Positions 6,968 through 15,269 of a stretch of DNA of 16,006 bases are shown one piece after another. Location: assembly GCA_049971295.1 (NCBI GenBank), contig JBMFLH010000042.1, positions 1 through 16,006 on the forward strand. The letters run 5' to 3'. Every line of letters starts with the position of its first letter. The first letter of the stretch is position 1. Made by a program: the position numbers and the translations under genes. Below the pieces are notes generated by a model. The model was not told the origin of the DNA and ran no database searches. It saw only the letters and a program-made list of their open reading frames with translations. This DNA comes from Candidatus Ratteibacteria bacterium (lineage in GTDB: Bacteria > Ratteibacteria > UBA8468 > B48-G9 > DTJG01).

Positions 6968-8803
6968 CTATTTCCAGTCTATGATATAAGCAAGTAAACT
7001 TTTGCCCTTCGTCAGTACATAGAAATTTGTTGCGACAGCACTATCTCCGTTTTTTACCGATTTATCAATTGAATAATACCATATTTTTTTTCTACCCCTA
7101 TCAACAAAATAGTACCACTGGTTCCATATTCCAATAACCGATTCAATTAAATCCTGATCAAAAGTAAGAAGACGTGTATTATCACCAAGAGAGAACTTAA
7201 CAACTTCGTTTCCACTAATTGAAAAAATATACACAAGGTTATTTTTCAACCCAGCAGAAACATATTCCATGTTCCGAGAGTATCTGACATTTTCTATTTG
7301 ATTGCCCAGCTTTCTGTTCCACGCGAGGTTCCCTTCATTATTATACAGAAAAAAGTCTCCTGCAACAGTACCAACACCCACCCATGAACAATCCTGACTT
7401 ATTCTTAAACTACTCACCCAATCAGGTAATGACTGATTCCAGAATACTTCGCCTCTTGAATCAAGGTAATAAATTTTCTCATTTACGGCATAAACCCAGA
7501 ATTTACCGTTTTCCCCAATTGATATTGCCCTGATAAGGTTTCCGGTCTTTTTCTGATAAATCACTCTTGTTCCTTCAGCAAGGCATATTTTCCCATCAAG
7601 TGAAGCCCATGCCGAATATCGTCCGTCGGGTGAAATTGCTACCTTAACAATCTCATCCTGTTCTTTGAATGTTCTGACAACTCTACCCGTTTGAGAAAGC
7701 AAATAAACTTTCCCATCCCTGCATCCCACAATTATTGAGTTCCCAATTCTTGAAACGGCAACACTTATGACCTCATCTGTTGTTTCATAAGTCCATCGGT
7801 ATGAATTTTCAGGTATCAGAAGATCCTCGGGAATTTTCTTATTCTGAAATTCAAAAACGAATCTTTGAAAATAGTTGGGAAGAAACTCAAAGTTCTCATT
7901 CCTGTATTCATAGATTTCAACTGGTTCTCTGTTCCCAGCTCTGTAGATACGCACCTGAAAAATATACATATTTTCAATGTTTACAAGTGATGGCTCAAGT
8001 ACATACTTGACATTCAATATCTTTACAATTTTATCTCTGTCATCAAGGTCATCAAGAATGTCCTGTCTTGTCAACTTTTGTTCTGAAAGGGTTTTATCGA
8101 GAATCTGATCCTTTACGATACTATAGATTTTATCAACGCCTGCCATCTTTTCTTTAAAAATGTTGCCAACGTTTGAAAGAAAATCAGGTAAATTTTGAAG
8201 TTTCATATCAAGAACAAGAACTACCTGCGGTTCAATTTTTGCGTTCAGGATTCTTATTCGTTGATGAATGCTATATTGAGATGGAACATTATTATGAAAG
8301 TTTTTTGATTGAATGCAGCCAAGAAGTTCCTGGTACGTCGCAATTGCCTGAGAAAGTAGACCTTCAGATTCAAAAAGATTCCCGAGTTTAAACATATATT
8401 CAGCATCCGGAATATAGGAACGGTCCAGATATATCCTAATGTATTTTATTGCTTCCTTCGGCCTTCCTCTATCAATGGCATAATCTGCAAATATCCTATA
8501 AATATAGGCAGTCGGTGGTGCATTTCTTAATATATCAAGTGCTTCCTGATTTTTTGGCCAGTGCGAGGGCCAATTTTTTGGACCAAAAGGCTCTGCAGCA
8601 AGAGTTAACTGCTCTGCCTTTCTTAAATATTTATCAGCAATTTCGTAATGACCTGAATTATAATACTGTCTCGCCTTCTCTACACAGGTCCACACATTTG
8701 AAGCAAAAATAACACAAAGACCTGCATTCTTTTCGTACCAGTCCTGGGCAAAAGCAGATGTACTCACCGAAAGTAAAATGAAAAAATAGAAAATCTTTCT
8801 CAT
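6968..8803 (-). CDS. Exported protein: TPR region, CsgG/TolB-N-like alpha/beta domain, C-terminal 7-bladed WD40/PQQ-like beta-propeller
   Basis: Signal peptide MRKIFYFFILLSVSTSAFA|QD. TPR-like helices (AEYMFKLGNLFESEGLLSQAIATYQELL). Middle segment VLVLDMK...LDKTLSEQKL...KILNVKYVLEPSL...FQVRIY resembles CsgG/TolB-N-like folds (inference). Seven ~40-aa blades such as DEIVKVAISPDGRYSAWASLDGKI. Confidence 0.8.
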   Translation of the reverse strand: MRKIFYFFILLSVSTSAFAQDWYEKNAGLCVIFASNVWTCVEKARQYYNSGHYEIADKYLRKAEQLTLAAEPFGPKNWPSHWPKNQEALDILRNAPPTAYIYRIFADYAIDRGRPKEAIKYIRIYLDRSYIPDAEYMFKLGNLFESEGLLSQAIATYQELLGCIQSKNFHNNVPSQYSIHQRIRILNAKIEPQVVLVLDMKLQNLPDFLSNVGNIFKEKMAGVDKIYSIVKDQILDKTLSEQKLTRQDILDDLDDRDKIVKILNVKYVLEPSLVNIENMYIFQVRIYRAGNREPVEIYEYRNENFEFLPNYFQRFVFEFQNKKIPEDLLIPENSYRWTYETTDEVISVAVSRIGNSIIVGCRDGKVYLLSQTGRVVRTFKEQDEIVKVAISPDGRYSAWASLDGKICLAEGTRVIYQKKTGNLIRAISIGENGKFWVYAVNEKIYYLDSRGEVFWNQSLPDWVSSLRISQDCSWVGVGTVAGDFFLYNNEGNLAWNRKLGNQIENVRYSRNMEYVSAGLKNNLVYIFSISGNEVVKFSLGDNTRLLTFDQDLIESVIGIWNQWYYFVDRGRKKIWYYSIDKSVKNGDSAVATNFYVLTKGKSLLAYIIDWK

Positions 8804-8804
8804 G

Positions 8805-11459
8805 TCATCTTTCCGTTGTTATAAATATCAATTGTCCGAATTGAGCCGGATTATCTATTTTCCCTGTCCATGTCACAGATGGTAAATGATCAGAAACTCT
8901 TTGAAAATTGATCTCCCATTTGCTGCCATCCGGCTTAATCTGCCCAAAATCAGAGAAAGGAATCATAACTTCGGCAAACCAACCGGTATTTGTAATCCTG
9001 GTTGCTACAATCCATTGAGATTCCCATTCAGAATCATTATCATCACCAGCATATTTCTTCCACACATAGGCAAACTTCAAGAAACCAGTTGCGTGTAAAG
9101 TATATTGATACCACCTGCTTTCAGAAGATGCGGGATTAATGCATATCGTTAGAAAATCTCCACTGTCAAATGTCAAAGAAGAGGCATCAGGATCCATACA
9201 GGTAAAAAGAAAATAAATCTTTTCGTTATCAAAAGTCACCATAACGGATGTTTGGACTTCTGCCTGTACTTTTTCTCCAGAAATATAAACCATTGTACGG
9301 TCCTCAAGCAATAATCTCCATATTCCGTCATTGGAATTGCCATCAATAACTGGTGGTTCTTTCGTTCTAAAAACCATCAATTTCTTGAGAGCCGCTTCTG
9401 GCATACCTGTTAATAGAATTTCCTGTTTTTTTTGAATTTCAGGAATTTTTTTTCTTAATGATAGTGGAATCTTTTTGTCTGATAAATAATGCCTTGCCTG
9501 GGTTCGCAATGGCTCAATATCCTGGCGACTTAAATTAACCAGTGTATACAAACCTTTTTCTTCTCCAAGCCTGCTCAATGCCCATGCCACTTTTAGTTTC
9601 ACCTCAAGTTCCGAATTTTCAAGAATCCTTAAAAGGTCAGGTACTGCAACTGACGCGTTCAATAGAGCAATTGATTCCACTGCCATTGATTGTATCTGAA
9701 TGTCTGGATTTTTGATATCCCTTATTGCGATTTTTAATCCATCTGCATTTCCGAGCATTGCGAGTGCATAGGCGGCATAACTTTGAATTTCAGGATCTTC
9801 GCTTTTCAACTGAGCAGTCAATAGAGGAATCGCTTGAGTAATATGCGCTTTACCCATGCCAAGTATGGCAAGTTTCTTTATTTCGTCTGACTGGTCCAGA
9901 AACATTTCTTTCATTACTGTGAATACCGCTGCCTTGGGTTGGTAAGTTAAAAACTCAAGGGCTGCTGAACGCACGTCTTGATATTTTGAGTAAAACATCT
10001 CTTTAACCAATGGTGTAATAAATACTGACTCTTTAAAAAATGAAAGTTTTTCAAGTGCCTGACTTCTTTTTATTGAATCGCTCGACCCAAGATCTTTTTT
10101 AATATCAACCAGAACATTTTTCAAAATTTTTGCTGCATTCATCCTAACAGAAACATCGGGTTCAAAACGGCTGGCAAAATTCAGATACATTAAAAAAGCA
10201 GTATCGTCAGGATTGGTTCTATACCAGGCAGTCAGTATTGCTTTTCTCAAGGACGGTTCAGGATGGTTCTTTACAGAATCGAAAAATAGTGATTCCTCAG
10301 GCGAAGCAATTCTTCCCAGTAAATCAGCCACTGTTACCCGGGTATCCAAAGGCATTTCTGAATTTATCAGAGCATCTTCAAGAACCGGAATGAAATCCGC
10401 ACTCTTCAGTTCAAGAATAATGTTGTATGCATAATTCCTAACTTTCTCAGACCCATCTGCAAGCTTTCTCACGATGGACGGAAATGAAACAAAATTAGCA
10501 AATTCCTTCAGCGCCCATAATGCAAATATTCTCACATTTTCATCCGGATCATCAATCTTTCCAATAATAGCAGGAATGCTCTCGTTATCATCAAGACGAA
10601 CTAAACTTTTAATTGTTTCGACTTTGAGTTTTATAGAAGGTTCAAGAAGTTTCGCCCTTAAAAATTCAAATCCTTCATTTGTTTTCATATTTTCAAGAGC
10701 CCATACTGCCTGCACTTTTACATCGTCGGAGGGATTGTTAAGAAAATCGAATAATATTGGTATTACTCTTTTATCATCAGTGGCTTCCATTGCCCATATT
10801 GCATTAATTTGAACCCTTATGTCGTCAACCTTTGCGAATTGATTAATCACGGTGATGGCCGAATCAGGCAATTTCTTGAACGTGTATCTCGCCTGGTCGC
10901 TAATAAGAATCCTTCTCAATGCCCAGAATAGTTCTGCCCTTACCTGCAAATTTTCATCCTTCAAATGGGACAACACTTGTTCCAGCATTGTGTCATCCCC
11001 AAATTTTCCAATACCGATTGCTGCCCAGTATCTCACCTGCCAGTATGAATCATCAAGAGCACGTTTCAAATCAAACATAATTTCGTCACCAGTACCCCAC
11101 TGAACCAATCCCTTAATTCCGTTTAACCTCACCTGCCAGCTGGTATCATAAAGTTCCTTCTGATACGAGGTAACAAATGAACTGTCTCCAAGTTTCAATA
11201 ATGCCTCTGAAGCAAAAATTCTCACATCTGTTGAAGCATCATCAAGGGCGACCAGAATTTCTGGGAGAACTTTTGTATTTTTTTCAGAAATGATTTTTTT
11301 CAGGGTTTCAATCTTCTGTTTTGTTGTTCCATTAATTAAAATTTGTTTAATTGCCTCCTGTCCATGACATGTACAAACAAGAATTCCTAAAAACAACCAT
11401 ATCCTAAAAATAAAGTTCTGGCGGATAACCAATGTCCACAACCTTAACCTTTCCTGCAT
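8805..11459 (-). CDS. Probably exported HEAT-repeat (PBS lyase-like) protein with C-terminal CBM9/DOMON-like sugar-binding domain
   Basis: About 20 repeats of type LxDxxxxVRxxAxxALxxLG. C-terminus PPVIDG..D..W ... DNEKIYFLFTCMD ... GWFAEVMIPFSDF ... WEINFQR is typical of CBM9-like domains. N-terminal hydrophobic stretch IWLFLGILVCTCHG. The true start may be the TTG at 11432. Confidence 0.85.
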   Translation of the reverse strand: MQERLRLWTLVIRQNFIFRIWLFLGILVCTCHGQEAIKQILINGTTKQKIETLKKIISEKNTKVLPEILVALDDASTDVRIFASEALLKLGDSSFVTSYQKELYDTSWQVRLNGIKGLVQWGTGDEIMFDLKRALDDSYWQVRYWAAIGIGKFGDDTMLEQVLSHLKDENLQVRAELFWALRRILISDQARYTFKKLPDSAITVINQFAKVDDIRVQINAIWAMEATDDKRVIPILFDFLNNPSDDVKVQAVWALENMKTNEGFEFLRAKLLEPSIKLKVETIKSLVRLDDNESIPAIIGKIDDPDENVRIFALWALKEFANFVSFPSIVRKLADGSEKVRNYAYNIILELKSADFIPVLEDALINSEMPLDTRVTVADLLGRIASPEESLFFDSVKNHPEPSLRKAILTAWYRTNPDDTAFLMYLNFASRFEPDVSVRMNAAKILKNVLVDIKKDLGSSDSIKRSQALEKLSFFKESVFITPLVKEMFYSKYQDVRSAALEFLTYQPKAAVFTVMKEMFLDQSDEIKKLAILGMGKAHITQAIPLLTAQLKSEDPEIQSYAAYALAMLGNADGLKIAIRDIKNPDIQIQSMAVESIALLNASVAVPDLLRILENSELEVKLKVAWALSRLGEEKGLYTLVNLSRQDIEPLRTQARHYLSDKKIPLSLRKKIPEIQKKQEILLTGMPEAALKKLMVFRTKEPPVIDGNSNDGIWRLLLEDRTMVYISGEKVQAEVQTSVMVTFDNEKIYFLFTCMDPDASSLTFDSGDFLTICINPASSESRWYQYTLHATGFLKFAYVWKKYAGDDNDSEWESQWIVATRITNTGWFAEVMIPFSDFGQIKPDGSKWEINFQRVSDHLPSVTWTGKIDNPAQFGQLIFITTER

Positions 11460-12063
11460 AAATCTTCCCTTTTTTTGTGTATAATCCTAATTTCGCAAAA
11501 CCAAATGTTACAGTTGTATCTGCTTTTACTGCTATGGAATAGGGTTCTCCGGTATTAGCATCTATTCCACTTGGTACGTCAACACTAACGACATATTTAT
11601 CCAACCTGTTAATTACGTCAATTATATCCTTAAAAAACCCTTCAACTGGTTTTGTTAAGCCAATCCCGAAAAGCGCATCTATAATTAAATCACTCTTTCT
11701 GATGGCTTTTTTCAAAATCTCAATATCCTGCAAAAACGAGACCAAACTCATTTTAACCAAAATTTGATAGTTTGTAAAGGAAGGTTCTTTAAATTTATCA
11801 GGATTGAAGGCGACGAAAACATTCACAGGTAATTTATAACAATGTAGGTATCTGGCTGCTACCATTCCATCACCACCATTATTACCAGGTCCAGCTATCA
11901 CAATTGTGTGTTTCTTCTTGTATTTTTTTAAAATTCGCATGACTTCTAATGCCGTTTCTCTACCAGCATTTTCCATAAGAATTAACGGCGGAATGCAGTA
12001 TTTCTCATACGCAAGTTTTTCTTTTTCATATATTTCTTCGCGGGAAAGAATAATCTTTTTCAT
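11404..12063 (-). CDS. nnrE: NAD(P)H-hydrate epimerase (stand-alone YjeF_N domain)
   Basis: Motifs LMENAG, GPGNNGGDG, DALFGIGL, VDVPSG, TVTF..AKLGL and VVDIG. Confidence 0.93.
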   Translation of the reverse strand: MKKIILSREEIYEKEKLAYEKYCIPPLILMENAGRETALEVMRILKKYKKKHTIVIAGPGNNGGDGMVAARYLHCYKLPVNVFVAFNPDKFKEPSFTNYQILVKMSLVSFLQDIEILKKAIRKSDLIIDALFGIGLTKPVEGFFKDIIDVINRLDKYVVSVDVPSGIDANTGEPYSIAVKADTTVTFGFAKLGLYTKKGKIYAGKVKVVDIGYPPELYF

Positions 12064-13439
12064 TTTATCAACACCTCTTTCAGTTTTAAGCCAACCTCGT
12101 AAATCGGACCCGCCCCTATTGTGAGAACAATGCTTCCTGGTTTTGTGTTTTTTGCAAGATAGTCAACTATACAGTCAAAGTCCTTGATATATTGCGCCAT
12201 AGTACCGTTTTCAATAATTTTATTCACAAGCATCTTGCTGTTTACCAACTGTTTTTCATTTTCAGTATCCCTGACAAAATATATATCAGGAACAATCACC
12301 TCGTCAGCAAGTGTAAATGAAGATGCAAAATCTTTCAATAAAAATCTTGTTCTGCTGTATTGATGTGGTTGAAAAATTGCTATAATTTTCCTTGATGGAA
12401 ATCTTTGGCGCAGGCCTTTCAGTGTCGCGACAATTTCCGTAGGATGATGTCCGTAATCATCAATAATATAAATATCATTTATACAGGCAAGTATCTGGGA
12501 CCTCCTCAAAACTCCTGGAAATTTTTCAAGAGCATTAACAATTTGAGAAAAAGGTATGCCCAGTAATATTCCAGTGGATATGACAGCAAGTGCGTTCAAA
12601 ACATTATGTTTTCCAAAGATAGGTGTAAAAACCTCACCAAGTTTTTTCCCTCTATAATAACAATCGAATCTGTTTCCCTCTTCGAAAAATCTCACATTTT
12701 TTGCCATGACATCCCCATGCTCAAACCCATATCCAGTAGATATACTGCCACTTCTGTTTATCACTGAGGCCACAACCGGGTCTTCTATCATTCCTATAAG
12801 CTTTCCACCTGGCTTTATTCTTTCAGAAAAATCCTCAAAGGCATTTTTTATATCATTGATATCCCGGTAATAATCAAGGTGGTCTTCTTCGATGGAGGTG
12901 ATAACACCAACTTCTGGTTCTAAATTCAGAAATGATCGTTTGTATTCACATGCTTCAACAATAAGAAAATTTCCTTTTCCCACACCAGAATTTCCATATC
13001 CACAAATTTCGCCGCCAATAACAAAATCCGGGTCATATCCAGCATGTTTAAGTATAAATACTATCATTGCTGCGGTAGTGGTCTTCCCATGCGTACCTGC
13101 CACTGCAATACCTCTTCTTTCATGCATGAGTAAGCCAAGTGCTCGTGGATAAGTAATCACAGGAATATTTAGTTGTTTTGCTCTGAGAAACTCCGGATTA
13201 TCTGAATTGATTGCCTGCGAACGAATCACCAGATCAATCCGTTTATCAATATTAGCAGAATTGTGTTCATAGAAAACCCTTATTCCAAGATTCTCAAGGA
13301 ATTCTGTTTGGGGGGTTTTCCTCACATCTGAACCCTGTACTGTTTTTCCCGTAGCGTTAAGGATTTTCGCAAGCCCACTTGTTCCAGCGCCCCCGATTCC
13401 AATAATATGTATAACCTTTACCTTTTTAATTTCTTCCAT
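12060..13439 (-). CDS. murC: UDP-N-acetylmuramate--L-alanine ligase
   Basis: HIIGIGGAGTSGLA, P-loop AVAGTHGKTTT, EACEY, EDHLDYY, DDYGHHPTEI and FQPHQYSRT. Directly follows murG. Confidence 0.95.
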   Translation of the reverse strand: MEEIKKVKVIHIIGIGGAGTSGLAKILNATGKTVQGSDVRKTPQTEFLENLGIRVFYEHNSANIDKRIDLVIRSQAINSDNPEFLRAKQLNIPVITYPRALGLLMHERRGIAVAGTHGKTTTAAMIVFILKHAGYDPDFVIGGEICGYGNSGVGKGNFLIVEACEYKRSFLNLEPEVGVITSIEEDHLDYYRDINDIKNAFEDFSERIKPGGKLIGMIEDPVVASVINRSGSISTGYGFEHGDVMAKNVRFFEEGNRFDCYYRGKKLGEVFTPIFGKHNVLNALAVISTGILLGIPFSQIVNALEKFPGVLRRSQILACINDIYIIDDYGHHPTEIVATLKGLRQRFPSRKIIAIFQPHQYSRTRFLLKDFASSFTLADEVIVPDIYFVRDTENEKQLVNSKMLVNKIIENGTMAQYIKDFDCIVDYLAKNTKPGSIVLTIGAGPIYEVGLKLKEVLIK

Positions 13440-14508
13440 TTTTTTCCATCATTTTAAGACAATATCTTGCAAATATTCCGTTTATGTCGGCAATACCCGC
13501 GGATTGAAACTGCTTTCTTCTTATATCAATTTCTCCCTGGATTTTTAGCAACATTTCGACCAGTTTTTTGGGCGTTGCTTCTTGTTCCTCAAGTAAGATA
13601 CAGCCATTTTTTGCTGCCCATTCAGCATTATATTTCTGATGCCCACCTCCAAATCTATATGGAATAATAATCGAGGGTATCCCTTTGAAGGAAATCTCTG
13701 CGATTGTGCCGGCGCCAGCTCGGGTAATGCCAATATCAGCGATATCCATCAAACGGGGCATATCATAGGAAAAATCTGTCACATAACCTGATAAGCCTTT
13801 TCTACTATACATATCTTTTGTTTTCGCAAAATCAATTTTACCGGTAATATGAATAAACTGAAATTCATTCCAGTTTAAAAATTGTGCCGCTTCCAGAAAC
13901 AGTTTGTTTATAAACGACGCACCTTGACTTCCACCGAATACCAGAATGGTCTTTTTATTGAATGAAAGATTGTAATCACCGGGATTTCCCTTTGAATACA
14001 AAAACTCCTGTCTCAAGGGGAATCCGGTACGAATACATTTTTTTAAAAATTTTTTTGTATCTTCAAACGTGATAGCAGCAGGTACACCAAAATAATTTAA
14101 AATTCTGTTCGCCAGCCCTGGAACAAGATTTTGTTCATGAAGTATAACATTTCGCCTCGTCAACACAGATGTTAAACCAATAAAAACCGTCACGTAACTT
14201 CCCATGCACACTACCAGGTCAGGGTTAACCTTTGAAAGTAGATTGAAAGATCTGATTAAAACAAAAATTGCCACAAAGGGAGTAAAAATCAGCAAAAACT
14301 GCATTGATGGTCTTTTGAAAGTCGGTATGGTGACGAATTGAAAATCCTTTGTCTTCCAGATTTCAAGATTCTTTATTTTTTTTTCACCAGCAAATATCAC
14401 ACGCACAGATGATTCAATCTCTCTTAATTTTTCACCCAGTGTAATACCGGGAAAATAATGTCCCCCGGTTGACCCAACAACTATTAAAACCTTTTTTGTT
14501 TTGCCCAT
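13426..14508 (-). CDS. murG: Undecaprenyl-PP-MurNAc-pentapeptide N-acetylglucosamine transferase (GT28)
   Basis: GSTGGH, HEQNLVPGLANR, TGFPLR, FGGSQGA, RAGAGTIAE and HQKYNA. Overlaps murC by 14 nt. Confidence 0.93.
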   Translation of the reverse strand: MGKTKKVLIVVGSTGGHYFPGITLGEKLREIESSVRVIFAGEKKIKNLEIWKTKDFQFVTIPTFKRPSMQFLLIFTPFVAIFVLIRSFNLLSKVNPDLVVCMGSYVTVFIGLTSVLTRRNVILHEQNLVPGLANRILNYFGVPAAITFEDTKKFLKKCIRTGFPLRQEFLYSKGNPGDYNLSFNKKTILVFGGSQGASFINKLFLEAAQFLNWNEFQFIHITGKIDFAKTKDMYSRKGLSGYVTDFSYDMPRLMDIADIGITRAGAGTIAEISFKGIPSIIIPYRFGGGHQKYNAEWAAKNGCILLEEQEATPKKLVEMLLKIQGEIDIRRKQFQSAGIADINGIFARYCLKMMEKNGRN

Positions 14509-14515
14509 TTGAAAT

Positions 14516-14524
14516 ATTTTAACA
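14516..14524 (-). promoter_or_regulatory. Extended -10 promoter (TGtTAAAAT) for murG, probably leaderless
   Basis: Minus strand reads TG-T-TAAAAT, then 7 nt, then the murG ATG (14508). No SD present. Confidence 0.55.
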
Positions 14525-14532
14525 TACCTGCA

Positions 14533-14541
14533 TGATATAAT
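14533..14541 (+). promoter_or_regulatory. Extended -10 promoter (TGaTATAAT) for the UPF0280 gene, probably leaderless
   Basis: TG-A-TATAAT, then 7 nt, then ATG at 14549. No SD present. Confidence 0.6.
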
Positions 14542-14548
14542 AAAAATT

Positions 14549-15268
14549 ATGAAATACGAACCAAGATTCTACAGAAGAATTATAAACAACGAGATGGTCG
14601 CAAGTACAGTTACGATTGAAGAAAGCGACTTATTAATTCTTTCAGAAAAAGATCTTTCGAACCAAGCCAGAAAAGAGCTGAAAAAACAGAGAAATCTTTT
14701 AAAAACATACATAAAAAATTTTCCTGATTTTTATTACTCTTTTGAACCTGTCCAGGTTGATAACTCAGCACCTGAAATAGTAAAGGAAATGAGTAAGGCA
14801 TCTTTTTTATGTAATGTTGGACCAATGGCAACCGTTGCAGGAGCAATTGCAGATTTCGTTGGAAGGTACTTATTAAATTTTGCACATGAAGTAATCATTG
14901 AAAATGGAGGAGACATTTTTCTGATGATAGAAAAGGAAAAAATTGTCACAATTTTTGCTGGAGCGAGCCCTTTTTCTTTAAAAATTGGTATACGTGTCAG
15001 GCCAAAGCCATACCCGTTTGGAATTGCAACATCAAGTGGAACAATAGGACATTCCACCAGTTTTGGCAAAGCTGATAGTGTTACGGTTTTATGTCCGTCT
15101 GCTACAATTGCAGATGGCCTTGCCACATTTATGTGCAATCAAACACCTGACGACGATTTTTCAGGAATAAAAAATTCACTAAGGGATTTTCCATTTCTTG
15201 AAGGAATTCTTGTTATTAAGCAGGATAAACTGTTTGCGTGGGGGGACATTGAGATTATCAAGATATGA
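14549..15268 (+). CDS. UPF0280 family protein (ApbE-like superfamily)
   Basis: YEPRFYR, EESDLLI, VGPMATVAGAIADFVG, IIENGGDIF, GIATSSGTIGHSTSFGKAD and ADGLAT. Confidence 0.9.
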   Translation: MKYEPRFYRRIINNEMVASTVTIEESDLLILSEKDLSNQARKELKKQRNLLKTYIKNFPDFYYSFEPVQVDNSAPEIVKEMSKASFLCNVGPMATVAGAIADFVGRYLLNFAHEVIIENGGDIFLMIEKEKIVTIFAGASPFSLKIGIRVRPKPYPFGIATSSGTIGHSTSFGKADSVTVLCPSATIADGLATFMCNQTPDDDFSGIKNSLRDFPFLEGILVIKQDKLFAWGDIEIIKI

Positions 15269-15269
15269 C

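Noticed and set aside
5261..15138. Other 60-146 aa ORFs overlapping rsmE, the oxidoreductase, TPR, HEAT, nnrE, murC, murG and UPF0280 genes
   Set aside because: They overlap well-supported genes in antisense or alternate frames and show no family signatures.
14549..15268. Idea that the ApbE-like UPF0280 protein flavinylates a neighbouring exported protein
   Set aside because: It has no signal peptide, and I saw no convincing [S/T]GA[S/T] FMN-attachment motif in the exported proteins here.
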